In this document: piece by piece, positions 1-10,753 of the stretch
Layout of the letters: each line of letters begins with the position of its first letter
Numbering within the stretch: position 1 is the first letter of the stretch
Origin: an uncultured bacterium
Lineage (GTDB): Bacteria; Krumholzibacteriota; Krumholzibacteriia; LZORAL124-64-63
Direction of reading: 5' to 3'
Assembly (NCBI GenBank): GCA_963732385.1
Contig: CAVSZB010000002.1
Coordinates: 1 to 64,000 of the forward strand
DNA: 64,000 nucleotides
Position numbers and translations under genes: made by a program
The notes under the pieces: model-generated
What the model saw: only the letters and a program-made list of their open reading frames with translations
Database searches by the model: none
What the model was told of the DNA's origin: nothing

Positions 1-614
1 GCTCGGTCAACCCGCTGGTCAACGCCGGCGCCATTGCGGCGGTGAGCCTGGTGCAGGCCACCTCGGAGCAGGATCGCTGGAACAAGGTGCTCGGCAACAT
101 CCAGTAATTGTCGGGTACGCCGCTGACGGTGCTGGAAGACGTGTACGAGTCCGAGTACACGACGTCTTTCGGCAACCGCGCCATCGCCAATCTGCTCTAC
201 AACTACGAGCGACTGTACAGCGACCCCGAAGAGGCCATGCGCGTCTATACGCGGCAGTGCTCGATCGGTGTCAGCGCCAAAGGACCTGGCGATCATGGGT
301 GCGACGCTGGCCAACCTCGGCGTGAATCCGCTGACGAACAAGCGCGTCATGAACGCCGATGACGTACCGGAACTGCTGGCCGTGATGGCCACGGCCGGCC
401 TGACGACGAGTCGGGTGAATGGATGTATACCGCCGGCCTGCCCGCCAAGACGGGTGTGGGTGGTGGCATCGTCGCCGTGGTGCCGGGCCGCTTTGCCATC
501 GCCGCGTTCTCGCCACGGCTCGACGAGGCCGGCAACAGCGTGCGCGCGCTGAATGCCATCCGTGACATCGCCGGCGAACTCGGCGTGGGCGTGTTCGGTC
601 CGAATCCGAAGTGA
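1..614 (+). CDS. glsA: Glutaminase (5'-truncated by window; as read it has an in-frame TAA at 105-107 and two frameshifts near 280 and 400)
   Basis: Stitched frames give NPLVNAGAI...NRAIANLL...YTRQCSIGVSAKDLAIMGATLANLGVNP...GLPAKTGVGGGIVAVVPGRFAIAAFSPRLDEAGNSVR, the conserved glutaminase motifs. Confidence 0.9.
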
Positions 615-620
615 TGCACA

Positions 621-3383
621 ATGACTGACCGGCAAACGACCACCACCATGCCCCTCAGGCAGGGCTTTTCGACCCCGACCTGCGCCACGACCACTGGGCG
701 CAGGTGGCCATCATCGCCCGCGCCTGGGCTGCCGCCGCGGCGCGCAGGGACAATACCGACCGCTTCGCAGCCGACGCCCATGCCGCGCTGCCCGAGGTGG
801 AGCCGCTGGAGGCCTTCAGCGCATTCCCGGGCCTGCGTCTGATGCGTGTGCTGCGGGAAAGCCTGCAGGAGGGCGACGCCCAGGGCTTTGCCCGCCGGCG
901 CCAGCGCATCAACGCCGCGCTGTCCTCCGGCGCCTTCCGGCGCGACGAGGCTTTCTGGGAGCCGGGCGAGAATGCGGAGATCCAGGCCGCCGACTACCTG
1001 CCGCCCACGGCCGAGGCGGACGACAAGCACCGACCATATTTCGAAGTGCTGAGCGTCACGGCTACCGACCCCTCGCGTCACGAGCAGGCCCGCCATGACA
1101 TCCGGCGGCTCGACGCATCGACGATCCCTGGTCTACGAGCTCGTGCAGGTCGGTTCCTTCGAGGATGCCGTGGTTGCAGTGCTCGCCAACCCGGAGCTGC
1201 AGGCCGTGGTCATTGGCGACGGCTTCGGCTTCCGCTACATCGCGAGTGGCCGGAACTTCGCGACCTGCTCGACCGTGCCATGCCCTTCAACCCGGACGCG
1301 GTGGACGTGCGTGACTACGGACTCGAGCTGGCCCGGACCCTGAAGCAGATCCGGCCGGAACTCGACGTCTACCTGCTCACCGAGCGCGGTGCCGAGACCG
1401 TCGCCGGGCGACCCGAAGCGGCCCTGGCTGCGCCGCATCTTTTACGGCGTTGAAGAACTCATGGAGCTGCACCTGGATCGATCCTGGACGGGGTCGGCGA
1501 TCGCTACGACAGCGCTTACTTCAACAACCTGAAGAAGTACAGCCAGAAGCCGGTCGGCACCTTCCATGCGCTGCCGGTGCGCGCGGCAAGTCGGTGTTCC
1601 GCTCGCACTGGATCCGCGACATGGGGCACTTCTACGGCGTCAACCTGTTCCTCGCGGAATCCTCGGCGACCACGGGCGGCCTCGACAGCCTCCTCGAGCC
1701 CACCGGCAACATAAGCGCGCGCAGGAGATGGCAGCACGGGCCTTCGGCGCCGACTGCGCCTCCTTCGTCACCAACGGCACCTCCACCTCCAACAAGATCG
1801 TGCTGCAGGCACTGCTGGCGCCCGGCGACATCGTGCTGATCGACCGCAACTGCCACAAGTCGCACCACTACGCGATGGTGCTGTCCGGCGCCCAGCCGCT
1901 GTACCTCGAGGCCTACCCGATGACGGCCTACTCGATGTACGGCGCGGTGCCGCTGCGCTCGATCAAGAAGGCGCTGCTCGACCTCAAGGCCGAGGGCAAG
2001 CTCGACCGGGCGAAGCTCGTCGATCTCACCAACTGCACCTTCGACGGCCACATGTACAACCCGCAGCGCGTCATGGAGGAGTGCCTGGCGATCAAGCCGG
2101 ACCTGGTGTTCCTCTGGGATGAGGCCTGGTTCGGCTTCGCGCGCTTCTCGCCGTTCCACCGGCTGCGCACCGCCATGCACGCAGCGGCAAAGCTGACGGA
2201 AAGATTCCACGTCCGGAGTACCGTGCCGAATACGCCGCGTTTCGCGCGCAGGCCGGCAACCTCGACCCGACGGATCCCGCGCTGCTGGACATGCGCCTGC
2301 TGCCGGATCCCGACCAGGTGCGGATCCGCGTCTACGGCACCCAGTCCACGCACAAGTCCATGTCGGCGCTGCGCCAGGGTTCGATGATCCTGGTGCACGA
2401 CGAGGACTTCGGACGCGTGCATGGCGCCTTCGAGGAAGCCTACTTCACCCACACCTCCACTTCGCCGAACCTGCAGATCATCGCCTCGCTGGATGTGGCG
2501 CGTCGGCAGATGGAGCTGGAGGGCTACGAACTGGTGATCCGTGCCACGGATCTCGCGCTGCGCATCCGTCAGCAGGTCAACTAGCACCCGCTGATCTCGA
2601 AGTACTTCCGGGTGCTCACGCCGGCCGAGATGGTCCCGGCGGAGTACCGGGAGTCCGGCATGGCCGATTACGGCGGACCCCAGGGCGTGCGCGCGCAGAT
2701 CGTCGATGCCTGGAACCGCGACGAGATCGCGCTGGACCCGACGCGGCTCACGCTCGTCTGTGGTACCGCCGGCTACGACGGCACGGCCTTCAAGGGCCTG
2801 CTCGCCGACCGCTACGACATCCAGATCAACAAGACTTCCCGCAACAGCATCCTGCTCCAGACCAACATCAACAACACCCGCAGTGACGTGGCCCACATCG
2901 TCAAGGTGCTGAGCGACATCGCCCGGACGATCGACGAGGAACTGCGCCAGGGCGGTGAGGCAGGTCGGGCCGGGTTTGCGGCCCGCGTGAAGTCGCTGAT
3001 GGAAGACGTGCCGGATCTGCCGAACTTCAGCCGCTTCCACGCCGGCTTCCGCGACGATGCGAAGAGCGCGACCGCCGAAGGTCACATGCGCGAGGCCTTC
3101 TATGCAGCCTACCGGCCGGAGAACTGCGAGCACCTGAAGATGCAACTCGAAGGAAATCGACCAGCGCCTGAAGAAAGGGCCGGAACTCGTGGCCGCCGAC
3201 TTCGTCATCCCCTACCCGCCCGGCTTCCCGATCATGGTGCCCGGCCAGGTGATCACCGCCGATACGCTGGAGTTCATGCGCAAGCTGGACGTCAAGGAGA
3301 TCCACGGCTATCACGCCGCCCAGGGACTGCGCCTGCTGCGCGGCGATGCCCTGCCCGGACGGAGACGACGTTCACGGAATTGA
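621..3383 (+). CDS. Large PLP-dependent Orn/Lys/Arg-family amino acid decarboxylase (about nine frameshifts and an in-frame TAG at 2582-2584 as read)
   Basis: Motifs across frames: [56 protein letters not shown] (PLP lysine), [22 protein letters not shown]. Confidence 0.88.
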
Positions 3384-3408
3384 TGCAGGTACAACGGAGC
3401 AGAACGGC

Positions 3409-5125
3409 ATGTGGCAATGGCTTGTTGAAACGCTCCGGACCTACCCGGAGATCGCGATCTTCCTGACCCTGGGCCTCGGCTTCTGGGTCGGCAAGTTCAA
3501 GATCGGCAGCTTCAGCCTGGGCGTGGTCACCAGCACGCTGCTCGCCGGGGTGCTGGTCGGCCAGCTCGAGATCACGATCTCGGGCCACGTGAAGTCCACT
3601 TTCTTCCTGATGTTCCTGTTCGCCGTCGGCTATGGGGTCGGACCGCAATTCTTCCGGGGACTGAAGGGCGATGGCATCCAGCAGGTGCTGTTTGCGGTGA
3701 TCCAGTGCGTGGCAGTACTGCTCACGGCGGTCGTGGTCGGCAAGTTCCTGGGCTACGACGCGGGTGGCACCGCGGGACTGCTGGCGGGCTCGAGCACGAT
3801 CTCCGCCGTGCTTGGCGTCGCATCCAACAGCATCGACCAGCTGGCCATCGACGCGGCCGGGAAGAAGGCGATGCTCGATGCCATGCCGGTGGCCTATGCG
3901 CGTCACCTACCTGTTCGGCACGGCGGGCTCGGCCTGGATCCTGGCCAGCCTCGGACCGAAGATCCTGCGCGTGGACATCGCGGCCGAGTGCCGCAAGTAC
4001 GAGGAAGAGATGGGTGGGTCGCTGGCCTCAAGCCAGGACCGCCTGTCGGGTTACACCCAGTTCGTCCTGCGCGCCTATCGGCTCACGGACCCGGCCTGGA
4101 GCGGCCGCACCGTGCGTGATTTCGAGGCGAGCTTCGGCGCCGTGGTCCCCGGCACCAGCCGGCCCCGGCTCGTCATCCAGCGTATTCGCCAGGACGGGCG
4201 GATCATCGAGCCCACGCCCGAGACCGTGCTGGCCGGGGATGCGGTGCTGGCCATCGCCGGCCGCCGCGAGTGGGTGCTCGAAGCCGCGGACCGGCTTGGC
4301 GCCGAGATGGATGATCCCGAGCTGCTCGACCTGGAGCTGCTGGTCCTGGACGTGGTGGTCACCAACAAGGCACTCACCGGCCGCACCCTGGCTGATCTCG
4401 TGAAGGCGGACCTGCAGCAGTCGGGCCGCGGCGTGTTCCTGCGCAGGATCCTCCGGACCGGCGTGGAGATGCCCATCACCGTTAACTTCAGGCTGGAGCG
4501 CGGCGACACCGTCACGCTGGTCGGGTCCAGGGTCGACGTGGAGCGCGTGGCACCCGTCATCGGCTACGCCGATCGCGTCACCGAAGAGACCGACATGGTG
4601 GTGATGGGCATGGGCATCGTGATCGGTGCGCTGCTCGGCGCACTGAGCTTCGAACTCGGCGGCGTGCCGCTCAGCCTCAGCACCAGCGGCGGCGCATTGA
4701 TCGCCGGCCTCGTTTGCGGCTGGCTGCGCTCCGTCAACCGCACTTTCGGACGCATTCCGGCACCCGCGCTCTGGGTGTTCAACAACATCGGCCTCAACGC
4801 CTTCATCGCGGTGGTCGGCATCAGTGCCGGGCCGGGCTTCGTGGCGGGATTGCAGGCCCAGGGCCTGCAGCTGTTCGTCGCCGGCCTCATCGTCACCACC
4901 GTGCCGCTGGTCATCGGCCTGCTGGTCGGCAAGTACATCTTCAAGATGAAGGCGCCGATCTGCCTCGGCGCCTGCGCGGGCGCACGCACCACCACGGCGG
5001 CACTCGGCGCCATCGAGGCCGAGGCGAAGAGCAAGGTGCCGGCGCTCGGCTACACCGTCACCTACGCGGTCGGCAACACGCTGCTGACCGTCTGGGGCGT
5101 GGCAGTCGTGCTATTGATGGGTTGA
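3409..5125 (+). CDS. aspT: Aspartate:alanine antiporter (AspT/YidE/YbjL family); one apparent +1 frameshift at about 3901
   Basis: N-terminal TM block ([14 protein letters not shown]), central TrkA-C-like region, C-terminal [14 protein letters not shown] and [12 protein letters not shown]; immediately upstream of aspD. Confidence 0.9.
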
Positions 5126-5146
5126 AGCCTGATACCGGAGAGAGCA

Positions 5147-6799
5147 ATGGACAAGGTGAAGCTGCGAAAGTACGAGGCGCTCGGTCCCTTCGAAATCAAG
5201 AATGACCTGGCGAAGCTGGCCACGGCGTCTGCCCGGGCATCAGCCACCAGTTACCTGAACGCCGGGCGTGGCAACCCGAACTGGATCGCCACGGAGCCCC
5301 GCGAGGCCTTCTTTCTGCTCGGCCAGTTCGCGATCACGGAGAGCAGGCGCGTACTCGACCTGCCGCCCGGCGTGGGCGGCATGCCCCGCAGGGAGGGCGT
5401 CGCGGCCCGCCTCGAGGCCTGGCTGGCGAAGCATGCCGACATGCCCGGTGCTGCCGTCCTCGCCGCCATGCTGCCATGGACGGTGAAGAAGTTCGGCTTC
5501 GATGCAGACGCTTTCGTCCACGAACTGGTGGACTCGATCATCGGCGACAACTACCCGGTGCCGGACCGGATGCTCGTCCACAACGAGCAAATCGTCCGCG
5601 AGTACCTGCAGTGGGCCATGTGCGGCGAGCCGCGCCCGAAAGGCACGTTTCACCTCTACGCGGTGGAGGGCGGCACGGCCGCCATGTGCTACATCTTCAA
5701 GGCGATGAAGAACAACCGGCTGCTCAATCCGGGCGACACGATCGCGCTGGCCACGCCGATCTTCACGCCCTACCTCGAGATGCCGCACCTCGAGGACTAC
5801 GACCTCGACATCGTCAACATCGAAACGCGGCAGGAGGAGCGCTGGCAGTTCACCGACAAGGAACTGAAGAAGCTGCTGGACCCGAAGATCAAGGCCTTCT
5901 TCCTCTGCAACCCCGGCAATCCCAGCGCCAATGCCCTGAGCGCGGAGTCGATCGCGAAGCTCGGCGCCATCCTGAAGAAGCGGCCCGACCTGATCCTGCT
6001 GACCGACGATGTCTACGGCACCTTCGTGCCCGGCTTCCGCTCCCTGATGGGTGCGTTCCCCTACAACACCATCGGCGTCTATTCCTACAGCAAGTACTTC
6101 GGCTGCACGGGCTGGCGCCTCGGCGTGATCGCCGTCAACGAGAAGAACCTGTTCGATGACATGATCGCCCGGCACCCCGAGGCGGTGAAGAAAAAGCTGG
6201 ACAAGCGCTACGGCGGGCTGACGCTGGAGCCGCGGAAGATCGCCTTCATCGACCGGATCGTCGCCGACAGCCGGGACGTGGCGCTCAACCACACTGCCGG
6301 CCTGTCCCTGCCGCAGCAGGTCATGATGTCGCTGTTCTCCATCTACGAGTTGATGGACGAGAAGAAGTCCTACCAGAAGGCCTGCATCGGCATCGTCAAG
6401 AAGCGCGTTTACGCGACCATCGAGGGCCTCGGGATCAAGGTCGACGAGAATCCGAACTTCGACTGGTACTACGGCATCATCGACCTGGAATTCTGGCTGA
6501 AGAAGTACGTGGATGCCGACTGCGTGGCGTGGATCCGCAAGAACATCCACCCGCTCGACATCGTGTTCCGGCTGGCGGAGGACTATGGCATCGTCCTGCT
6601 GAATGGCGGCGGCTTCGAGGCGCCGGACTGGTCCGTCCGGGTCTCCTTCGCCAACCTCGACGATCATGTGTACGACGACATCGGCCGCGCGGTGCGTGCC
6701 ATCGCCCGCGGCTACGTGCAGGCCTACGAGGCAACGAAGACCTCGCCGCCCGCAGGCGGCAAGGCAAGGAAGAAGGCCAGCGCCCGCAAGGCCCGCTAG
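5147..6799 (+). CDS. aspD: Aspartate 4-decarboxylase (L-aspartate beta-decarboxylase)
   Basis: PFEIK, LNAGRGNPNW, GDNYPVPDRML, EGGTAAMCYIF, TDDVYGTF, YSYSKYFGCTGWRLG, DRIVADSRDVALNHTAGLSLPQQ; RBS GGAGAG upstream. Confidence 0.95.
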   Translation: MDKVKLRKYEALGPFEIKNDLAKLATASARASATSYLNAGRGNPNWIATEPREAFFLLGQFAITESRRVLDLPPGVGGMPRREGVAARLEAWLAKHADMPGAAVLAAMLPWTVKKFGFDADAFVHELVDSIIGDNYPVPDRMLVHNEQIVREYLQWAMCGEPRPKGTFHLYAVEGGTAAMCYIFKAMKNNRLLNPGDTIALATPIFTPYLEMPHLEDYDLDIVNIETRQEERWQFTDKELKKLLDPKIKAFFLCNPGNPSANALSAESIAKLGAILKKRPDLILLTDDVYGTFVPGFRSLMGAFPYNTIGVYSYSKYFGCTGWRLGVIAVNEKNLFDDMIARHPEAVKKKLDKRYGGLTLEPRKIAFIDRIVADSRDVALNHTAGLSLPQQVMMSLFSIYELMDEKKSYQKACIGIVKKRVYATIEGLGIKVDENPNFDWYYGIIDLEFWLKKYVDADCVAWIRKNIHPLDIVFRLAEDYGIVLLNGGGFEAPDWSVRVSFANLDDHVYDDIGRAVRAIARGYVQAYEATKTSPPAGGKARKKASARKAR

Positions 6800-6828
6800 C
6801 AGGCAATCCAGTCAACAGGAGAACGACG

Positions 6829-7908
6829 ATGAAATGCGCAACAGCAACCTATCTGAAGGTCAGTCGGCTGGCGGTGCTGGCCCTTGGCCTGGTGACCGCC
6901 TTCGCCCAGGCGGCAACTGACCTGCCCCGCGTCCGCGTCCTGGCCACTGGCGGCACGATCGCCGGCGCCCAGGCCAGTTCCACCGACTACGGTTACAAGT
7001 CCGGCGCCTATGACGTCAACACGCTGATCAACGCGGTGCCCAACCTCGGCAAGCTCGCCCAAATCTCGGGCGAGCAGGTGGCCAACATCGGCAGCCAGGA
7101 CATGAACGACGAGGTCTGGCTGAAGCTCGCCCAGCGCCTCAACGCGGTGCTGGCCTCGTCAGAAACCGACGCGGTGCTGATCACCCATGGCACGGACACG
7201 CTGGAGGAGACCAGCTACTTCCTGAGCCTGGTGACCAAGAGCGACAAACCGGTGGTGATGGTCGGCTCGATGCGGCCGGCGACAGCCACCAGTGCCGACG
7301 GCCCGGCCAACATCTACAACGGCGTGGCCGTTGTCACGAGCCCCGAAGCGAAGGGCCGCGGCACGCTCGTTGCCCTCAACGACGAGTTCCACTACGCCCG
7401 CAACGTCGTCAAGACCGACACCACCAGCGTGCAGACCTTCAAGAGCCTCAATCGCGGCCCCGCCGGCGTCGTGCACACCGGCAAGGTCGAGTGGTTTCAG
7501 CCGATGGACAGCAAGCTCGGCTCCGCCTCGGAGTTCTCCGTCGATGGACTCGACAAACTGCCGCGTGTCGACATCATCTATGCCCACGCCAACATGAGTC
7601 CGGACCTGATCGACGCGGCGGTGCGCAATGGTGCGAAGGGCATCGTCATCGCCGGTGTGGGTGACGGCAACATGACCACCGGCGCGCTCGAGGCGGCGAA
7701 GAAGGCAGCCAAGGCTGGCGTCGTGGTCGTGCGCAGCACCCGCCTGCCGATGGGCCTGACCCTGCGCAACAACGAGGTCAACGACGATGAACTGGGCTTT
7801 GTGGCCTCGGGCGAGCTGAATCCGCCGAAGTCCCGTGTCCTCCTGCAACTGGCGCTCACCAAGACCAGCGATGTGAAGCGCATCCAGGCGATGTTCTACG
7901 AGTATTGA
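6829..7908 (+). CDS. ansB: Type II (secreted) L-asparaginase / glutaminase-asparaginase
   Basis: Signal peptide ending AFAQA; ATGGTIAG, HGTDTLEET, VGSMRP, SADGPAN motifs; RBS AGGAG. Confidence 0.93.
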   Translation: MKCATATYLKVSRLAVLALGLVTAFAQAATDLPRVRVLATGGTIAGAQASSTDYGYKSGAYDVNTLINAVPNLGKLAQISGEQVANIGSQDMNDEVWLKLAQRLNAVLASSETDAVLITHGTDTLEETSYFLSLVTKSDKPVVMVGSMRPATATSADGPANIYNGVAVVTSPEAKGRGTLVALNDEFHYARNVVKTDTTSVQTFKSLNRGPAGVVHTGKVEWFQPMDSKLGSASEFSVDGLDKLPRVDIIYAHANMSPDLIDAAVRNGAKGIVIAGVGDGNMTTGALEAAKKAAKAGVVVVRSTRLPMGLTLRNNEVNDDELGFVASGELNPPKSRVLLQLALTKTSDVKRIQAMFYEY

Positions 7909-7932
7909 GCGGACGGTTTGGGAGCGACTGCC

Positions 7933-8991
7933 ATGAGCGACCCACGCAACGACCTCGCGCGCACGACCCTCGCGGTGATGTTCCTCGCCGGGCTGGCTTT
8001 TTCGTCGTTCTGGATCCTGCGGCCGTTCCTGCCGGCCTTCGTCTGGTCGGTAATGATCGTCGTGGCCACCTGGCCGATGCTCCAGCGTCTCGAACGCCGG
8101 TTAGGCGGGCGGCGCGGCCCGGCCGTTGCAGTCATGACGCTGGTCATGCTCATGGTGTTCGTCGTGCCGCTGGCTCTAGCGATTGGCCTGATCGCGGATT
8201 ACTCCGACGATGCGGCTGCCTGGGTCAATGGCCTCGCGACCCGGCCCCTGCCACAGCCCCCCACATGGGTGGCAGGGCTGCCGGTCGTCGGCAAACGGGC
8301 TGCGGTCAGCTGGAGCAACCTTGCCGAAAGCGGCTTTCCGGAGGTCGTGGCGCGGGTTGAGCCCTACACCCGCGACCTGACGCGCTGGCTGATTGCCGAG
8401 GCTGGCGCGGTGGGTCTGGTGATCGTCCAGTGCCTGCTCATCGTGATTCTCTCGGCCGTGCTCTACGCCGGCGGTGAGGGTTGGGGCCGCTGGATGCTGG
8501 CGTTTGGCCGGCGGCTTGCGCCCGAGCGGGGTGAGTCGGCCGTTATCCTGGCAGGCCAGGCCATCCGCGGCGTTGCGCTCGGTGTGGTCGTGACGGCCCT
8601 GATCCAGTCCGCCCTCGGCGGCATCGGGCTGGCGGTCGCCGGTGTGCCATTCGCCGGTTTGCTGGCGGCCGTCATGCTGGTTCTCTGCATCGCCCAGATC
8701 GGCCCGCTGTTCGTGCTGCTGGCGGGTACGGCCTGGCTGTTCGCCAACGGTGAACAAGGCTGGGGCTCGTTCATGCTGGTCTGGTCCTTTGCGGTGGGAC
8801 TGATGGACAACTTCCTGCGGCCGGTGCTCATCAAGATGGGTGCTGACCTGCCGTTGCTGCTGATCTTTGCCGGCGTCATCGGCGGTCTGCTGTCCTTCGG
8901 GCTCATCGGCCTGTTCGTGGGGCCGGTCGTGCTCGCCGTGACCTATACTCTGGTCGACAACTGGATAAACGGTCCGCAGGCTGCCCCATGA
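7933..8991 (+). CDS. ydiK: AI-2E family transporter (YdiK-like)
   Basis: DLARTTLAV, ATWP, LAGQAIRGVALGVVVTALIQ, DNFLRPVLIKMGADLPLLLIFAGVIGGL. Confidence 0.88.
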   Translation: MSDPRNDLARTTLAVMFLAGLAFSSFWILRPFLPAFVWSVMIVVATWPMLQRLERRLGGRRGPAVAVMTLVMLMVFVVPLALAIGLIADYSDDAAAWVNGLATRPLPQPPTWVAGLPVVGKRAAVSWSNLAESGFPEVVARVEPYTRDLTRWLIAEAGAVGLVIVQCLLIVILSAVLYAGGEGWGRWMLAFGRRLAPERGESAVILAGQAIRGVALGVVVTALIQSALGGIGLAVAGVPFAGLLAAVMLVLCIAQIGPLFVLLAGTAWLFANGEQGWGSFMLVWSFAVGLMDNFLRPVLIKMGADLPLLLIFAGVIGGLLSFGLIGLFVGPVVLAVTYTLVDNWINGPQAAP

Positions 8992-9893
8992 CAAGTGTTC
9001 GCCAGGCTTTTTTCGCCACCACCGTGGCATGCGCCCTTGCGCTGGCGGCAGCCGCCGCATCTGCGGTGACCTTGCCCCCGCTCAACGACCCGCCGACCAG
9101 CGAGTACCGCCAGGGCAAGTTCGTGTGGATCGACCTGGTCACGGCCGATCTCCCGGCTGCGGAGAAGTTCTACGGGGCGCTGTTCGGCTGGACCTTTACC
9201 CGGGTTGGCGATGATCCGGTGCGCTACACGCTGGCCTGGCAGGCGGGCTATCCCGTGGCCGGGCTCGCGGCCCGGGCGCCGGCTCCCGGCCCGACGACGA
9301 CCGAGGTTCGCAAGGCCTGGTGGGTCGCCTACATGTCGGTTCCCGACGTGGACCGGGCTGCCGCCGACGTCGTCGCCAAGGGCGGAAAGGTCCTGATCCC
9401 GGCACGCGTGCTGGAGGCCCGCGGTCGCATGGCTTTGGTGGCCGACCCCGACGGCGCTCCCTTCGGTCTCCTCAGGTCCGCGAGCGGCGATCCGCCGGAC
9501 TTCCGCGCCGAGCTGGGCGACTGGATCTGGGCCATTTACCAGAGCGCCGATGCCGGCCGTGCCGCGGCCTTCTACCAGGACCTGGGCAACTACGAGGTGG
9601 TGCCCGGTGATCCGGTCGGCAACGCCGAGAGCTACACCCTGCAGGCGGAAGGCTACGCGCGGGCCGTCCTGCTGGAGATTCCTCCCGAGCGCGTCGAACT
9701 CCGGCCCGAGTGGATCTATTTCGTGCGCGTCACCGACGTGGCGACGAGCGTGGCCAGGGCGGTCGAGCTCGGGGGCCGGGTCATCGTCGCGCCACGGCCC
9801 GACCTGGAGGATGGCCGCGTGGGTGTCGTCACGGATCCGGACGGTGCCTTGCTCGGCTTGATGGAGTGGGACGATGATGAAAAGGCGAACTGA
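8988..9893 (+). CDS. Exported tandem VOC/glyoxalase-family protein
   Basis: Signal peptide; GKFVWIDLVT..FYGALFGW, WVAYMSVPDVD, DPDGA repeated in the second half; ATGA overlap with upstream gene. Confidence 0.85.
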   Translation: MTSVRQAFFATTVACALALAAAAASAVTLPPLNDPPTSEYRQGKFVWIDLVTADLPAAEKFYGALFGWTFTRVGDDPVRYTLAWQAGYPVAGLAARAPAPGPTTTEVRKAWWVAYMSVPDVDRAAADVVAKGGKVLIPARVLEARGRMALVADPDGAPFGLLRSASGDPPDFRAELGDWIWAIYQSADAGRAAAFYQDLGNYEVVPGDPVGNAESYTLQAEGYARAVLLEIPPERVELRPEWIYFVRVTDVATSVARAVELGGRVIVAPRPDLEDGRVGVVTDPDGALLGLMEWDDDEKAN

Positions 9894-9894
9894 C

Positions 9895-10357
9895 ATGCGC
9901 TGCACGATCAATCCGTCCCGGGCTGCCATCCTGATCGGCCTGCTGACAGCCCTGGCTGCCGGGTGCTCTTCCGACGGTTACAGCGGCGGTTCAACCTCCG
10001 TCAGTTCGAGCTATTACTACAGCAACGGCTGGTACAACGATCCCTATTACTACGGCTACTACCCGCCCGGTGCCGTGGTCGTGCGACCGCCGGGCGTATC
10101 CCGGTCAACCGGGACGCCCGGTGTACCCGGAACAGCCCATCGCCAGGCCGCCGGGCGGGGCAACCACGCTGCCCGCCCAGACTCCGGGCGGTGCGACGAC
10201 GCTGCCGGCGCGGCCATCCACCAACAACACGGGGTCGAGGCCATCGGCTTCGACGTCCAGTCGCTCCCGCATGCCCGCATCGCAGCCGCGCGTGTCCTCG
10301 TCATCGCGGGGCTCCCTTCCACGGATGTCCCGCGGTGGTGGCGGGCGGCGGCGGTAG
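9895..10357 (+). CDS. Small Tyr/Pro/Ser-rich lipoprotein; apparent frameshift near 10095
   Basis: Lipobox LAAGC, YYYSNGWYNDPYYYGYY; the second frame continues YPGQPGRP..PGGATTLPA x2..RGGGGRRR-stop. Confidence 0.6.
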
Positions 10358-10371
10358 GGGGGTAAAGACCG

Positions 10372-10731
10372 ATGGCGGCGAAGATCACGGGCCTGCACGA
10401 TGGCATCCTCAGCCTGGTGGTGAGCGGCCAGCTCACCCAGAAGGAACTCGCTGCCATCCAGGCGGAAACTGCGCGCTACATCACCACTGCGGGCAGAATC
10501 CGCATCCTGGTGCTTGCCCAGGATTTCGCCGGCTGGGAAAAGGGCGGGACCTGGGGTGACTTCTCCTTCCAGGTCGCCCACGACGACGATATCGAGCGCA
10601 TGGCGATTGTTGGCGATGAGCGTTGGCGCGATCTCACCCTGCTGTTCACGTCGCAGGGGCTGCGGCCGTTTCCGATCGAATACTTCCTGCCCGCGCGAAT
10701 CGCCGACGCCCGCGCCTGGCTCGCTGGTTAG
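10372..10731 (+). CDS. STAS/SEC14 (SpoIIAA-like) domain protein
   Basis: VSGQLT..IRILV..FAGWE..IERMAIVGDERW..EYF..ARAWL pattern, 119 aa. Confidence 0.8.
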   Translation: MAAKITGLHDGILSLVVSGQLTQKELAAIQAETARYITTAGRIRILVLAQDFAGWEKGGTWGDFSFQVAHDDDIERMAIVGDERWRDLTLLFTSQGLRPFPIEYFLPARIADARAWLAG

Positions 10732-10753
10732 AGCGTTGCTCACCTCCTGGAAC

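Noticed and set aside
2582..2584. In-frame TAG as pyrrolysine or programmed readthrough
   Set aside because: It lies among many indels and another in-frame stop (TAA 105-107); other genes use TAG as a normal stop; no pyl genes
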